A stretch of DNA of 64,000 bases from a bacterium (GTDB lineage: Bacteria; UBA8248). The stretch lies in NCBI GenBank assembly GCA_965204535.1, contig CBDBEV010000001.1, positions 1,664,001 through 1,728,000 on the forward strand. Direction: 5' to 3'. Below are positions 19,987 through 29,187 of this stretch, in pieces. Position 1 is the first letter of the stretch. Each line of letters starts with the position of its first letter. The position numbers and the translations under genes were made by a program. The notes below the pieces were generated by a model, which worked only from the letters and a program-made list of their open reading frames with translations, did not search any database and had not been told where the DNA came from.

Positions 19987-21228
19987 ATGCCTACCCTGAA
20001 CTGGCTGAAAAACGCGATGATTCCTTTTCTTGTTTTTTTGCTGGCCGTCCTGTTAGTGGCTTTTGTGGGCGTTATGTTCTCAGAAAGCGCTGAAAAGTGG
20101 ATCGGCGGATTTCTCGGTTTATCGGGAAAAAACGGAACCCTGAAATTCTTGGGATTCGGCATGGGCGGCGTTCTGCTGGTTATCCAAGCCGGAATATCCT
20201 ACAGGCGTGCCCAAGCGATGGAGGATGCGGCCAACGCGCAGGCGGATGCGGCGCGTGCGCAGGCCGGGGCCACGGTGGAGCAGGCCAAGGCCAACCAGAA
20301 TACCGAGAAGGGCTTGCGGCAGGAGCGCCTGAAAAACGCCATCGAGCATCTGGGCCACGGGTCGGATTCCGTGCGCTTGGGCGGGGCTTATGAACTTTTT
20401 CATCTGGCGGAGGAAACCAAAGAATTGCGCCGGACGGTGTTCGATATTCTCTGCGCCCACATCCGCCGGACGACGGGCGAGGCGGAATATTGGGAAGCGT
20501 ATGAGTCGAAGCCCTCGGAGGAAATTCAAAGCCTGTTGACTCTTCTTTTTGTGCAGGAGCATGAGGTTTTCAAAGGTCTCCATATCAACCTGCAGGGAAG
20601 CTGGTTGAAGGGAGCCTACCTCTGGGGAGCGCGTTTATATGGGGCCTCCTTGACCTTAGCCTGCTTAAAAGAGGCTTTTCTGATGAATGCGAATTTGAAG
20701 GGAGCTCTTCTTCGTAGTGCGTGCTTGCAAAGGGCTGATCTTCGTGGTGCACGCTTGCAAGGGGCTGTACTTCACTTGGCTGAATTGCAATTAGCTGATC
20801 TGAAGGAAGTGTGGTTGCAAGGAGCTTATCTTGGTGGCGCGAAACTTCAAGCAGCTGATCTTAATAGAGCACAATTTCAAGGAACCAGAGTCTGGCTCGA
20901 TCATCTTGGAACATTTGACAGGCTGAAAACATTCGCGGAGCGTATGCGGGAGGGGGTTAACCAAGAGGGGGATCTGTTTTCGGCAGAAGCAAAATTCTCC
21001 GGAGCGAAGTTCCAAGGTGGAATTAAAAAGGAAGATATTGATTCCCTAGTCGAAGGCATTCCTTATGCAGCGGCGAAGACCTTACGAGAGAAATTGGAAT
21101 CTTATATCGGTCAGCCCGAAAGTCGTGAACTGCCGGAAAATAGCGGAGCCATTCTTGGTGTCTACACTAAAAAAGAAGCCGAAGAATGGATTGCCGAGTA
21201 TGAGAAGGCCATGACGGAAAGTGAATAA
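19987..21228 (+). CDS. Membrane-anchored pentapeptide-repeat protein
   Basis: Two N-terminal TM helices, VRLGGAYELFHLA, tandem A(D/N)LxG repeats (ANLKGALLRSACLQRADLRGARLQG). Confidence 0.88.
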   Translation: MPTLNWLKNAMIPFLVFLLAVLLVAFVGVMFSESAEKWIGGFLGLSGKNGTLKFLGFGMGGVLLVIQAGISYRRAQAMEDAANAQADAARAQAGATVEQAKANQNTEKGLRQERLKNAIEHLGHGSDSVRLGGAYELFHLAEETKELRRTVFDILCAHIRRTTGEAEYWEAYESKPSEEIQSLLTLLFVQEHEVFKGLHINLQGSWLKGAYLWGARLYGASLTLACLKEAFLMNANLKGALLRSACLQRADLRGARLQGAVLHLAELQLADLKEVWLQGAYLGGAKLQAADLNRAQFQGTRVWLDHLGTFDRLKTFAERMREGVNQEGDLFSAEAKFSGAKFQGGIKKEDIDSLVEGIPYAAAKTLREKLESYIGQPESRELPENSGAILGVYTKKEAEEWIAEYEKAMTESE

Positions 21229-21249
21229 ACTGGAGATGAGTGCTGACCC

Positions 21250-21423
21250 ATGCCGATACTGAACTAGCTGACGAGAGACGAGGACGTTCGTACGGCATCG
21301 CGCGCGCCTTACCGCCTGCTGGAGGAGGCGTCCGATCTCTCCGCCGGAGACGCGGAGACCGACAACATGCTCGTTCAGGGAGACAACCTGAAGGCGTTGA
21401 AGGTGCTTTTGCCCTTCTACGCC
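21250..21423 (+). pseudogene. 5' remnant of a type III R-M Mod methyltransferase
   Basis: Translates as MPILN*LTRDEDVRTASRAPYRLLEE...DNMLVQGDNLKALKVLLPFYA; stop at codon 6; cut off where the Dsr1-like gene ends. Confidence 0.8.
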
Positions 21424-24400
21424 TCGCCAGAGTAGTCTCCAGGCGTAGGACTCGCATGTCGTATCTCTGGAAGAGGATCGTCTTTAGCGTTCTCTACCCA
21501 GCCGGCGACAGCTGGCTCATGATCGAAACCATGTTCGGCCATGGCAATCGACAAGTGTGTACAACCCCACCTCAGCAATGGCACGTCGATATCGTCATCG
21601 TGTATTGCATCGTACCTTAACTCCTTTGCAAGATAGCCGAGCCCTTCCGTTACTAATTCCTTAATAGCATTTCGCTGTTCCTCGCTACCTTTAAGAAACA
21701 CCCATCTAGCGATTCTGAGCGCCTGTATTAGAGCTGCCTTCCGTTGCGTAGCAACCATAAAGCCAATTTCTCGCACCAAATCAGTTGGCGGATGCTTCAA
21801 TTCAACACCCGCATCATGTCCGGCCTCCAACCAGAACTCCAATGCTTCTGCAGCGTTTTTCGCGGACTTTTTCTCGTCGGACGCTAATCCCATCTTCATC
21901 GACTTCACTATTTCCTCGAAACACTCCGGTAAAGTTTTGACCAATCCGGCCGAAAGCACTCGAGCCGGCATTTCCAATTTGTTCAGCTTTCGGAATTTCT
22001 CAAGCAATGTTTTTGCAATTTTTTCAGAAACATCGATCTCTAACAGAATATGTTGCAGGCCGATAATCGTTTTCCGAACCTTGACGTCCGCATCACCCGC
22101 AAAAATCGGCTCCGATTGTCCGGTAAGCGGAATAGGAACCGGTATCGATTCCTCGCCCCATTGTCCAGCTACATCCGCAAGATATGACCGTTCTGCATCG
22201 GAAAGCGATAGAGGTTTTCCATGAATCCTGAGGTTGGCTATGGCAATACCCACTTGCCAAAGAACTTCACCCGCTCTCAGGCTCACCCCATCACTCGATT
22301 CGTTCGGCAGTAGCCATTTTGCCCGGAACCGTTGTTCGGCAAGACCCGGCTTGGGCTCCGGCAATACCAGAAACTCCCACTCAAAGAAATTAGTCCCGCT
22401 CGGCAGATTTTTGCTGCTAAGATAATCTTCACTCCAAAGCGCCTGCGCGATCTCGGAAATTTCTTCACCATCCAGAACTTTGAGATCAACCAGACAACTC
22501 ATTCTGGTGGCGGCTCGCCTTCGCGCTTCTTCACTACCGCGCATGCCCCGCACAAGATTGACTGTAATCTCGTTCCATCTTGATCCCTTGTCTGGAGTTC
22601 GGACGACCGCTGGGATATCGGTCCTCAAAAGCACCTCACAGGGGTCCGGATATCGCCCCGCCCCTGCTAATCCAGCCGCAAATCCGTCCATTCCGACAAT
22701 GGGAGCACTCAGTAAATCGAGAATGCGCTTCTCCCGCCGTTCTTCCGGCATCGTTTCCCAGCATCTGGCAAGAATGCTCCTGACGGGATCCGCGAGCAGA
22801 AATTCACCGGCGATTACATTGTTTTCGTACCAACCTAAAGCCTTGGTGAAGATGGATTCCACCCGCTCTGGATCAAGGCGAAGCACGAACCGCGACAAGG
22901 CTTCAACTACAACCGGTAGCCTGTCCCTTCCGTGCGATCCGGCTTTCAAAGCGGTATTTCTCGATAAAATGAATTCGACTGCATCAACGCAGATTTCAGA
23001 CAACCGGCGGACAGCATCAAGTGGGATAATCGCAACGCGCGCCCGGGACAGAATGAAATTCAGCGCACCCTCCGCCTCGTTTCCGGCAGCCCTCAGAACG
23101 AGGCGAGCTGCTAATTCAGGTTCATGCGGCGACAACCGCCTTGCCGCAAGTTCGAGATTTCTCGAAGCCACCTTCCTGCCAGGAATGAAGGGAGGCAGAC
23201 CGGCGACTTCAGCAAGGCGAACTGCCCTGTGAGCGGCAGCCCAGCGCAAATATTCACCTTGAGAGAAGCTGAATCCCTTTTGCCACACGTTGCCGAGATC
23301 AAAAGGTTGCCCCCCCGCCAGATTGCTCTCACCCTTGATTGCCTCAGCGCAGTTACGCATTTCAAGTGGTGCGTTACACTTGATCGGCGTCAACTTGTCC
23401 CACCTGTGCCGCCATTCAATTGTTGCGTCCCAGAATTCCTCGTAATCCAGTGTCGTCCCTGTGCAATACAGTGCCCAAGACTCCCGTGACGACATACCTA
23501 CATCACTGTCATCCGAGACAACTCTACGCGTTGCGGCCAGCGCGGTAGCGTTCAACTCCTGCGCTTTTTGGTTTTCCCCCATTTCAAAGAGGAGGGATGC
23601 TTTCCGCATCATCCAGACCGGATCGCAACCGCTCGTATCCCAATCTATGAGCTCTTTCTCAAGAGAGGCATAGTCCAGTGAATAGATTGCCCAAAGGCAT
23701 TTTTCGTGGCGGATTTGGTGGGCAATGCCCTGGTCTTCTTCACTGAATGGTGAAACGGCCGAAATTCGTCGATTGAACTCATCTGCATCAAATTGAAATC
23801 GTGACGCCGTGACGAGTGCCAGTGCGACTGAAACCCATGCTTCCCGGATAGTAACCCAGTTAGCTGTCCCTACGGTTTCTCCGTCAATTTTTCGACTGCG
23901 GCAATCAATCCGGTCAAGGACATCCGTTGCCGTCTTTTCCAGCTTTGAAGATATTTCTTCCATGCGTGATATCGGTTCCAATTGTATTTCCCGGCGCCAT
24001 ATCAGTTCACGAAGCAAGAGCAAGGCTTCTACCAGATCAAGATTCGGCAATACCTCCATTACCAGAGGCGCTCTTTCCCTGGTAGAAGACATCATCGAGC
24101 GAACCTCGGCGGGAGCGGGCAACCACCCTGGGTAGGTTTCTTTCCTGTTATACCTCCAAACGTCAACGAGTTTTCGAACAGCCGCAACCTTTTTCTCAAC
24201 CGACGATTCGTCTCTTGACGGAACATGAGGTTCCGGTTTGGGTTCATTGATTGTGACCCGGTGTATAGGTTCAAGATATTCCGGTACCAAAGGCTCGACA
24301 AGACGGGAAGGTGAGGGCCATTTAGAAACGTTATAAGGACGGCCATACTCCAATGTGTGTAGAATCCAGTCCGTAGAACGCTCGTGCTGAATATGCTCCG

Positions 24401-25229
24401 GATGCTCCCGCCACTGAGCGGCTTTCGGATGGCGGGCCAGATCGATAGGGATAACGTTTCGAGCCTCCAGCATGCGACGACGATGGATGGACAAATCGAG
24501 CCATCCGGCCAGATAGATTCTGGGCGCTGACGTCCCAAGATTGTCGCGGACCCACCCCGACCAGTGCAGAAAGTTCGGATCGTCCCCGGAGAAACCGATC
24601 AGGCAAAAGACCGTCTCCATCATGGCTTGCTGTACCGTGTTCACGAATGGCGCAAATCGCGCGGGGTAGGTTCGGTAATGCTCTTCCGTAAAGATAAGTG
24701 AAGACCGAGCATCCACCGACCCGTGTAGCTTCACGATTCGTGGGCTCGCAGCAAGTGGAATCTCATCTGTATTGAAAAGGACGCTGTAGTCTTGTTCCGG
24801 AACGGACGGGCGCGTTCTCTCAAGCAACGTATCCCAGTTGGTGGTGAATACGTCGCGCCAGGGAAGTCGCAAGAGACGTTCGTGCATTCGTCCGGGCCGG
24901 AACTCATCATCCCGTATCGATTCTCGCAAAAAGCCGTGGAGGCCGGCTGGCCCGAAGGCGGCCTCGTATTCCTGCGCCAACCTCAATGCACCGCTTGTTT
25001 CCGAACTAGCGGCTGATGTCCCGTGCCTGACTTCTTCATCCGGATACAGTTTTTCGTGCATTGCTTTTCTGAGATCACTCCAGGTAGGCGGTGCAAGGGT
25101 AGACGGTAGAAGTTTCTCTGCATTTCTGGTGAATCCCGCTCCGACCATTACGGTCGCTCCTCGGGACCGTTTCCAGAGAGCGTCCCGAACGTGATTGATA
25201 TGGCTTTGGTCAGAAAACTGCATGATCAT
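21417..25229 (-). CDS. dsr1: Large defence-associated sirtuin, Dsr1-like
   Basis: 1270 aa; N-terminal SIR2 (MVGAGFT, FTTNWDTLLE, KLHGS, IGFSGDDPNF) followed by a long helical region. Confidence 0.75.
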   Translation of the reverse strand: MIMQFSDQSHINHVRDALWKRSRGATVMVGAGFTRNAEKLLPSTLAPPTWSDLRKAMHEKLYPDEEVRHGTSAASSETSGALRLAQEYEAAFGPAGLHGFLRESIRDDEFRPGRMHERLLRLPWRDVFTTNWDTLLERTRPSVPEQDYSVLFNTDEIPLAASPRIVKLHGSVDARSSLIFTEEHYRTYPARFAPFVNTVQQAMMETVFCLIGFSGDDPNFLHWSGWVRDNLGTSAPRIYLAGWLDLSIHRRRMLEARNVIPIDLARHPKAAQWREHPEHIQHERSTDWILHTLEYGRPYNVSKWPSPSRLVEPLVPEYLEPIHRVTINEPKPEPHVPSRDESSVEKKVAAVRKLVDVWRYNRKETYPGWLPAPAEVRSMMSSTRERAPLVMEVLPNLDLVEALLLLRELIWRREIQLEPISRMEEISSKLEKTATDVLDRIDCRSRKIDGETVGTANWVTIREAWVSVALALVTASRFQFDADEFNRRISAVSPFSEEDQGIAHQIRHEKCLWAIYSLDYASLEKELIDWDTSGCDPVWMMRKASLLFEMGENQKAQELNATALAATRRVVSDDSDVGMSSRESWALYCTGTTLDYEEFWDATIEWRHRWDKLTPIKCNAPLEMRNCAEAIKGESNLAGGQPFDLGNVWQKGFSFSQGEYLRWAAAHRAVRLAEVAGLPPFIPGRKVASRNLELAARRLSPHEPELAARLVLRAAGNEAEGALNFILSRARVAIIPLDAVRRLSEICVDAVEFILSRNTALKAGSHGRDRLPVVVEALSRFVLRLDPERVESIFTKALGWYENNVIAGEFLLADPVRSILARCWETMPEERREKRILDLLSAPIVGMDGFAAGLAGAGRYPDPCEVLLRTDIPAVVRTPDKGSRWNEITVNLVRGMRGSEEARRRAATRMSCLVDLKVLDGEEISEIAQALWSEDYLSSKNLPSGTNFFEWEFLVLPEPKPGLAEQRFRAKWLLPNESSDGVSLRAGEVLWQVGIAIANLRIHGKPLSLSDAERSYLADVAGQWGEESIPVPIPLTGQSEPIFAGDADVKVRKTIIGLQHILLEIDVSEKIAKTLLEKFRKLNKLEMPARVLSAGLVKTLPECFEEIVKSMKMGLASDEKKSAKNAAEALEFWLEAGHDAGVELKHPPTDLVREIGFMVATQRKAALIQALRIARWVFLKGSEEQRNAIKELVTEGLGYLAKELRYDAIHDDDIDVPLLRWGCTHLSIAMAEHGFDHEPAVAGWVENAKDDPLPEIRHASPTPGDYSGEA

Positions 25230-25690
25230 GTTGTCTCGCTACAGGAAATAGAGCTTCCTCGCACATATCGATTGACGAATGCGGCGCCAGCTTTGTATTC
25301 CTTAACTCCTGTCACGGGGATTCGTCCTGTCCGTACCTACCAACTCTTCGTAAAATAATGAACCGAACCCTGCGACGGCGACTGATTCTCAGTTCGCGAA
25401 AATATGCTGGATGGTTTCGAACAATGCGTTCACCGCACTCTCCGGCTGAGTTTTCTACAACGAAGCTCGGTATGGGACATGACCAAAAAATCGGATTTCT
25501 AATTTCCCTGTCTCTCCTGAACTTTGTTCGAATGCACGTACAAACTAAGATAACACCATCTCGGAATTGTGCAGCCGCATCGTTCCCTCCGCAACCAAAG
25601 ATGGGTCTATGCAATGTGTGAAGCCTGCTCGGGTTTCCTGGTTCGCTCGGCAATTCCGGTGCGATTTCGGAGATGCAAGAGGGTATTATC

Positions 25691-26074
25691 TCATTTTGAA
25701 GTATCGTCCAGGAGCGCAGACTGCGAGTCACGGGCGTCTTTCATGGTCCGGTCGAGCTCATCCCGGCGTCCTTCGCGCACCAATTCATCCCGCTTCAGCG
25801 TGGAAAGAAGGTAAACCCCGCGATAGATCCGCTCTATCTGGGCTGCGATTTCAGGTGGAAACCCCGGAGAATTTGCGGTCAGCTTGCCCGTAGCGAAACC
25901 CAATGCGGCATGGCGAACGAGTTCGGCGGCCGTCATTCCGCGCTCCCTGGCCTCCTTTTCAATGCAAGTCCACTCGGAATCGGAGAACCGGATCGAGCGT
26001 GGCGAACGCGATTCACTGTGTTTTTCGTCGGGATTCTCGCTGGAATCGCCGGCGATGGAATGGTTTTCGGTCAT
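25691..26074 (-). CDS. Ribbon-helix-helix protein, probable relaxosome accessory factor
   Basis: RSIRFSDSEWTCIEKEARERGMTAAELVRHAAL; lies next to the oriT-like site. Confidence 0.75.
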   Translation of the reverse strand: MTENHSIAGDSSENPDEKHSESRSPRSIRFSDSEWTCIEKEARERGMTAAELVRHAALGFATGKLTANSPGFPPEIAAQIERIYRGVYLLSTLKRDELVREGRRDELDRTMKDARDSQSALLDDTSK

Positions 26075-26367
26075 GTTTTTCCCCCAATGGTTCGATTTTT
26101 TCAGCCGGGAAATCGCTGGTATCGTTGCATTTACGGATCAAATCCCGTCGCTCCGGGCACAGATTCATTTGTAAGCTCATAGCACACAAATTTGGGAAAT
26201 ACTATATCCAGAGTATGCCATGAGCATACGCCTCTCGTGAGGCTCAAGGAATTCAATGAGATACGGGCGTGTTACGTCGTAATACGCTCTCCCAGCGAAA
26301 GCGGGGCGGTATTTGAGGGCGTTTGAGCAGGGAACGCCATGCCTGGAGCACGATTGGCCTGCACCCA

Positions 26368-26392
26368 GCAGCCCGCTGCGTGGGGTGTGAAA
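26368..26392 (+). other. Putative oriT 1 (MOB-F nic site)
   Basis: GCAGC-CC-GCTGC hairpin running into TGCGTGGGGTGT^G, the same core as the F-plasmid nic site. Confidence 0.75.
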
Positions 26393-26604
26393 CCCGAAGC
26401 GCCGAAGGGCGTCAGATTGCCGAATACGTGAGAACGAACGACGGGGGAACTTTCGCCGGAGAGAATGGCGGGCGGGAGCCGCCGCGGCGAGTGAGCGGAG
26501 AAGACGAGAGGAGAGCAACCAGGAGAGGAGCGGTGGAGTGATCGAGGAGAGAGGCGACGGGCCGCACCACCTGTGTGGCGATGCGACCCGCCGTGTCGAA
26601 CGTC

Positions 26605-27564
26605 CTATGCCGCGATTTTCTGGACGGGGATGCCGAGCGCTCTGGCCTTGTCGACGAGGTTGTCGGTGATGCCCGAACCGGGGAACGCGATCACACCCCT
26701 GGGGAGGAGGCTGAGCAGCTCGTCGTTGCGCCTGAAGGGAGCGGCCCTGCCGTGGGCGTCCCAGTCGGGCTTGCAGACGACCTGGTGGACGCCGTTCCGC
26801 TCGGCCCAGCCTGCCGCAATCTTCTCGGCGCCGGGGCCGCCGCCGTGGACGAGGACGACGTCGGCGTACTTGGCTTTCAGCTTGTCGAGCTGGCCGATGA
26901 TTTTGCCCGCGTCGGTGGCCTCCTTGCCGCCCGCGACGGCGACGAGCGTTCCCTGGGGGAGGTGGGCCGTGTTCTCGCGGTCCTTTTTCGCCCGCTGGAA
27001 GTCGCGCGCCTCGATCACCGCCGACGTGAGCTTGCCGGTCTGGCTGACGTGCGATCCTCGCCGGGGCCGCCAGACCTCGCCGGTCTCGACGCGGTAGGCC
27101 TCGGCGGCCGTGTCCCTGAGCCCTTCGAAGGCGTCGCGGCGGGCGGTGAGATTCTCGGCGCGGTCGGTGGCGAGTTCGAGTTCGCGAGACCTGATCTCGG
27201 AGCCGTCCTGCTCGCGCTGGAGTTCACGGATGCCGGGGATGAGTTTGTCGGCGGCGCGGTCGAGCCGCTGTGTCTGTGCGTCGAGGGTGTTGACGAAGCC
27301 CCACAGGAGACTCGCCCGCTCATCCGCGAGTTGAGTGCCGTCGGGTACTGCCTCGGCGAGCAGGTGGAATGCCTTGAGGACGGCGGCGGTGGACTCCGCC
27401 TCGCCCCAGACGGGCCGGTTGTCGAATTCGTCCGGCCCGGGGGTCGCGCCGAACAGGGCGGCCTGTTCGCAGACCATTGCGGTGAAGGATTCGTTCTGCG
27501 CTTCGATGTTGTCAACCTCGTGCATGATGCTCTCCTTGTGGTCGTGTGTCGCGGTGGCGGTCAT
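26605..27564 (-). CDS. DUF2493 / YspA-like SLOG domain protein (copy 1)
   Basis: VAVAGG, VLVHGGGPGAEKIAAGWA, PDWDAHGRAAPFRRND, IAFPGSG. Confidence 0.85.
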   Translation of the reverse strand: MTATATHDHKESIMHEVDNIEAQNESFTAMVCEQAALFGATPGPDEFDNRPVWGEAESTAAVLKAFHLLAEAVPDGTQLADERASLLWGFVNTLDAQTQRLDRAADKLIPGIRELQREQDGSEIRSRELELATDRAENLTARRDAFEGLRDTAAEAYRVETGEVWRPRRGSHVSQTGKLTSAVIEARDFQRAKKDRENTAHLPQGTLVAVAGGKEATDAGKIIGQLDKLKAKYADVVLVHGGGPGAEKIAAGWAERNGVHQVVCKPDWDAHGRAAPFRRNDELLSLLPRGVIAFPGSGITDNLVDKARALGIPVQKIAA

Positions 27565-27585
27565 CGTTCACTCCTTTCGTTGTCC

Positions 27586-27957
27586 TCAAGCGAGGGGATG
27601 GTCGTATTCCGGAAGAGCGTAGCCACGCTCGTTGCGCCCCACTTCTTTGGGCATCTCGTCGAGATACCTGGCGGCCCACTCGGCGGCGCGTGCGAGGACG
27701 TCGCCGTGACACGGGAGGGGATGGCAGTGGCAGCCGAGCTCGCAGCCTTGAAGGTCGGCGAGTTCGTAGAGGTCCTGCTCCTCGCGCCGGATTCTTTCCC
27801 ACAGCCATCGCCGGTATTTCTCGATCACCTCGGCGCGCTCGCCGTCCTGGCCGATGCGGAAGGGGTTTCCCCACTTCGTCATGCGGTCGATCCTGACCAG
27901 CAAGCCGCTGCCCATATCCGCCACATAGTTGTTCAGGTTCACCACGGTGGTTTCCAT
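27586..27957 (-). CDS. DUF4326 domain protein (copy 1)
   Basis: RIDR.TKWGNPF, YRRWL, LGCHCHPLPCHGDVL. Confidence 0.88.
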   Translation of the reverse strand: METTVVNLNNYVADMGSGLLVRIDRMTKWGNPFRIGQDGERAEVIEKYRRWLWERIRREEQDLYELADLQGCELGCHCHPLPCHGDVLARAAEWAARYLDEMPKEVGRNERGYALPEYDHPLA

Positions 27958-27993
27958 GCCTTTCTCCTTCGTAGAGAGTTAACGGATGCGCTT

Positions 27994-28182
27994 CTTAGCG
28001 CCCCATTTTCAGCACGTGCCAGGCGTGGGCGTCAGGGGCGGTTTTCAGTCTTTTTTCACCCGGAGGGCGCGCAGCGGAAAAAATCCACGCTTCACCGATT
28101 TTTTCTGAAAAAAGATGCTTTTGCGCTTTTTGCAAAAGCACCCTTGACCCCGCGCCGTGCGTGCTAAAATGGGGACGCTAAG
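27994..28182 (-). promoter_or_regulatory. Frpo-like single-stranded-DNA promoter hairpin (copy 1)
   Basis: Arms CTTAGCGCCCCATTTTCAGCACG and CGTGCTAAAATGGGGACGCTAAG pair; the distal arm carries TTGACC...TGCTAAAAT; lies just upstream of the DUF4326 RBS. Confidence 0.65.
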
Positions 28183-28477
28183 AGAGAGAGGGTAGTACCG
28201 CCACCGGGACACAAGAGCTTTTGGTGTTTCACGATGAAGGCGAAGCTCATCGGGAAACAGTCTCTCATGCTGCGGAAAGGGTCATTTCGGGCCGCATTTT
28301 CCGGCCCGAAATTCCCGCAGCGGGGGGTGGACCGAGCCACTATCCAGAACATGGGATGATTGCAGGAGCATGCCGAGCTTCCGGGAACACGGTTCATCGT
28401 TCACGGAACCGGAGATTTACCGGGTGGTCCCGGTAGCGGAGAGAGCCGGCAGGGCGGACCTTCTCTGGATAGCGAGC

Positions 28478-28513
28478 AAAAGAAAAGGGCTGACGCCGAA
28501 GCGCCAGCCCCTT
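28478..28513 (-). terminator. Intrinsic terminator after ssb (copy 1)
   Basis: GGGGCTGGCGC-TTCG-GCGTCAGCCCT followed by a T-rich tail. Confidence 0.8.
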
Positions 28514-28520
28514 GAAGCGC

Positions 28521-28967
28521 TCAAAATGGGATGTCTTCGCCCACTACGCCGGCGGTCGCCGCGACGTCCGCCGTCTCGGCGTGCGCGCCGTTTCCGTTGC
28601 CATTGCCGTTCCCGTTCACCTTGTCGAGGAACTGCACGCGCCCGCCCGGCGCGATGAGGATCTCGGTCGAGAACCGGTCCGAGTCCTCCTCGTCCTTCTT
28701 CCAGCGGCGGGTCTGGAGCTTGCCCGCGACGTAGACCAGGCGGCCCTTCTTCGCGTGCCGCTCGAGCATGTCCACCAGGCCGGGCTGGAAGGTGACGACC
28801 CGGTGCCATTCCGTCTTGTCCACCCGGTCGCCGGACTGCTTGTCGACGTAGCCCTCGTCGGTGGCGATGGATAGATTGGCCACGCGCCCCCCGCTCGTGA
28901 GGTGGTTGACGGTGACGTCGGCGCCGAGACGCCCGATCAGTTCCGCGCGGTTGAGTCCGAATGCCAT
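28521..28967 (-). CDS. ssb: Single-stranded DNA-binding protein
   Basis: LNRAELIGRLGAD, TEWHRVV, KGRLVYVAGKLQTR, C-terminal EDIPF; RBS AAGGAG. Confidence 0.95.
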   Translation of the reverse strand: MAFGLNRAELIGRLGADVTVNHLTSGGRVANLSIATDEGYVDKQSGDRVDKTEWHRVVTFQPGLVDMLERHAKKGRLVYVAGKLQTRRWKKDEEDSDRFSTEILIAPGGRVQFLDKVNGNGNGNGNGAHAETADVAATAGVVGEDIPF

Positions 28968-29046
28968 GGTGATTCTCCTTCGTGGTGTGAGTGAGAAAAA
29001 GTGACAGGAGGGAGAGAGCCTTTCTCTCCACCCCCCCCGGTTCGCC

Positions 29047-29187
29047 CTACACGCTATAAAACTCCTCCGCCTCGCCTTGCGCCTCGTCGCGGATCTTCCT
29101 GATCGTGTACGCGTCGAGTCCGAGTTCTGCGAGCAACTCGTCTGCGGTGGGAACATCGACGTCGAAGTCGTTCTCGTACATGGCCAT
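29047..29187 (-). CDS. Small acidic hypothetical protein (46 aa)
   Basis: AGGAGG RBS before ATG; MAMYENDFDVDVPTADELLAELGLD. Confidence 0.6.
   Translation of the reverse strand: MAMYENDFDVDVPTADELLAELGLDAYTIRKIRDEAQGEAEEFYSV

Larger units (their letters stand above)
26385..28880 (-). repeat. Leading-region module copy 1 (inverted homolog of 42006-46255)
   Basis: Colinear homology over ssb, spacer, DUF4326, DUF2493 and the oriT flank. Confidence 0.92.

Noticed and set aside
20590-20885. Periodic 15/30-bp pattern suggesting a repeat array
   Set aside because: It encodes pentapeptide repeats; no repeat-spacer structure, so not CRISPR
26575-28167. Long 530-aa + strand ORF (and similar ORFs at 44514-46007, 9381-10586, 42705-43820)
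   Set aside because: Antisense shadows of real GC-rich genes; no motifs
28164-28397. 77-aa ORF present in both repeat copies (also 42475-42708)
   Set aside because: The middle parts are in different frames owing to compensating indels and there is no RBS; conservation is better explained by nucleic-acid structure
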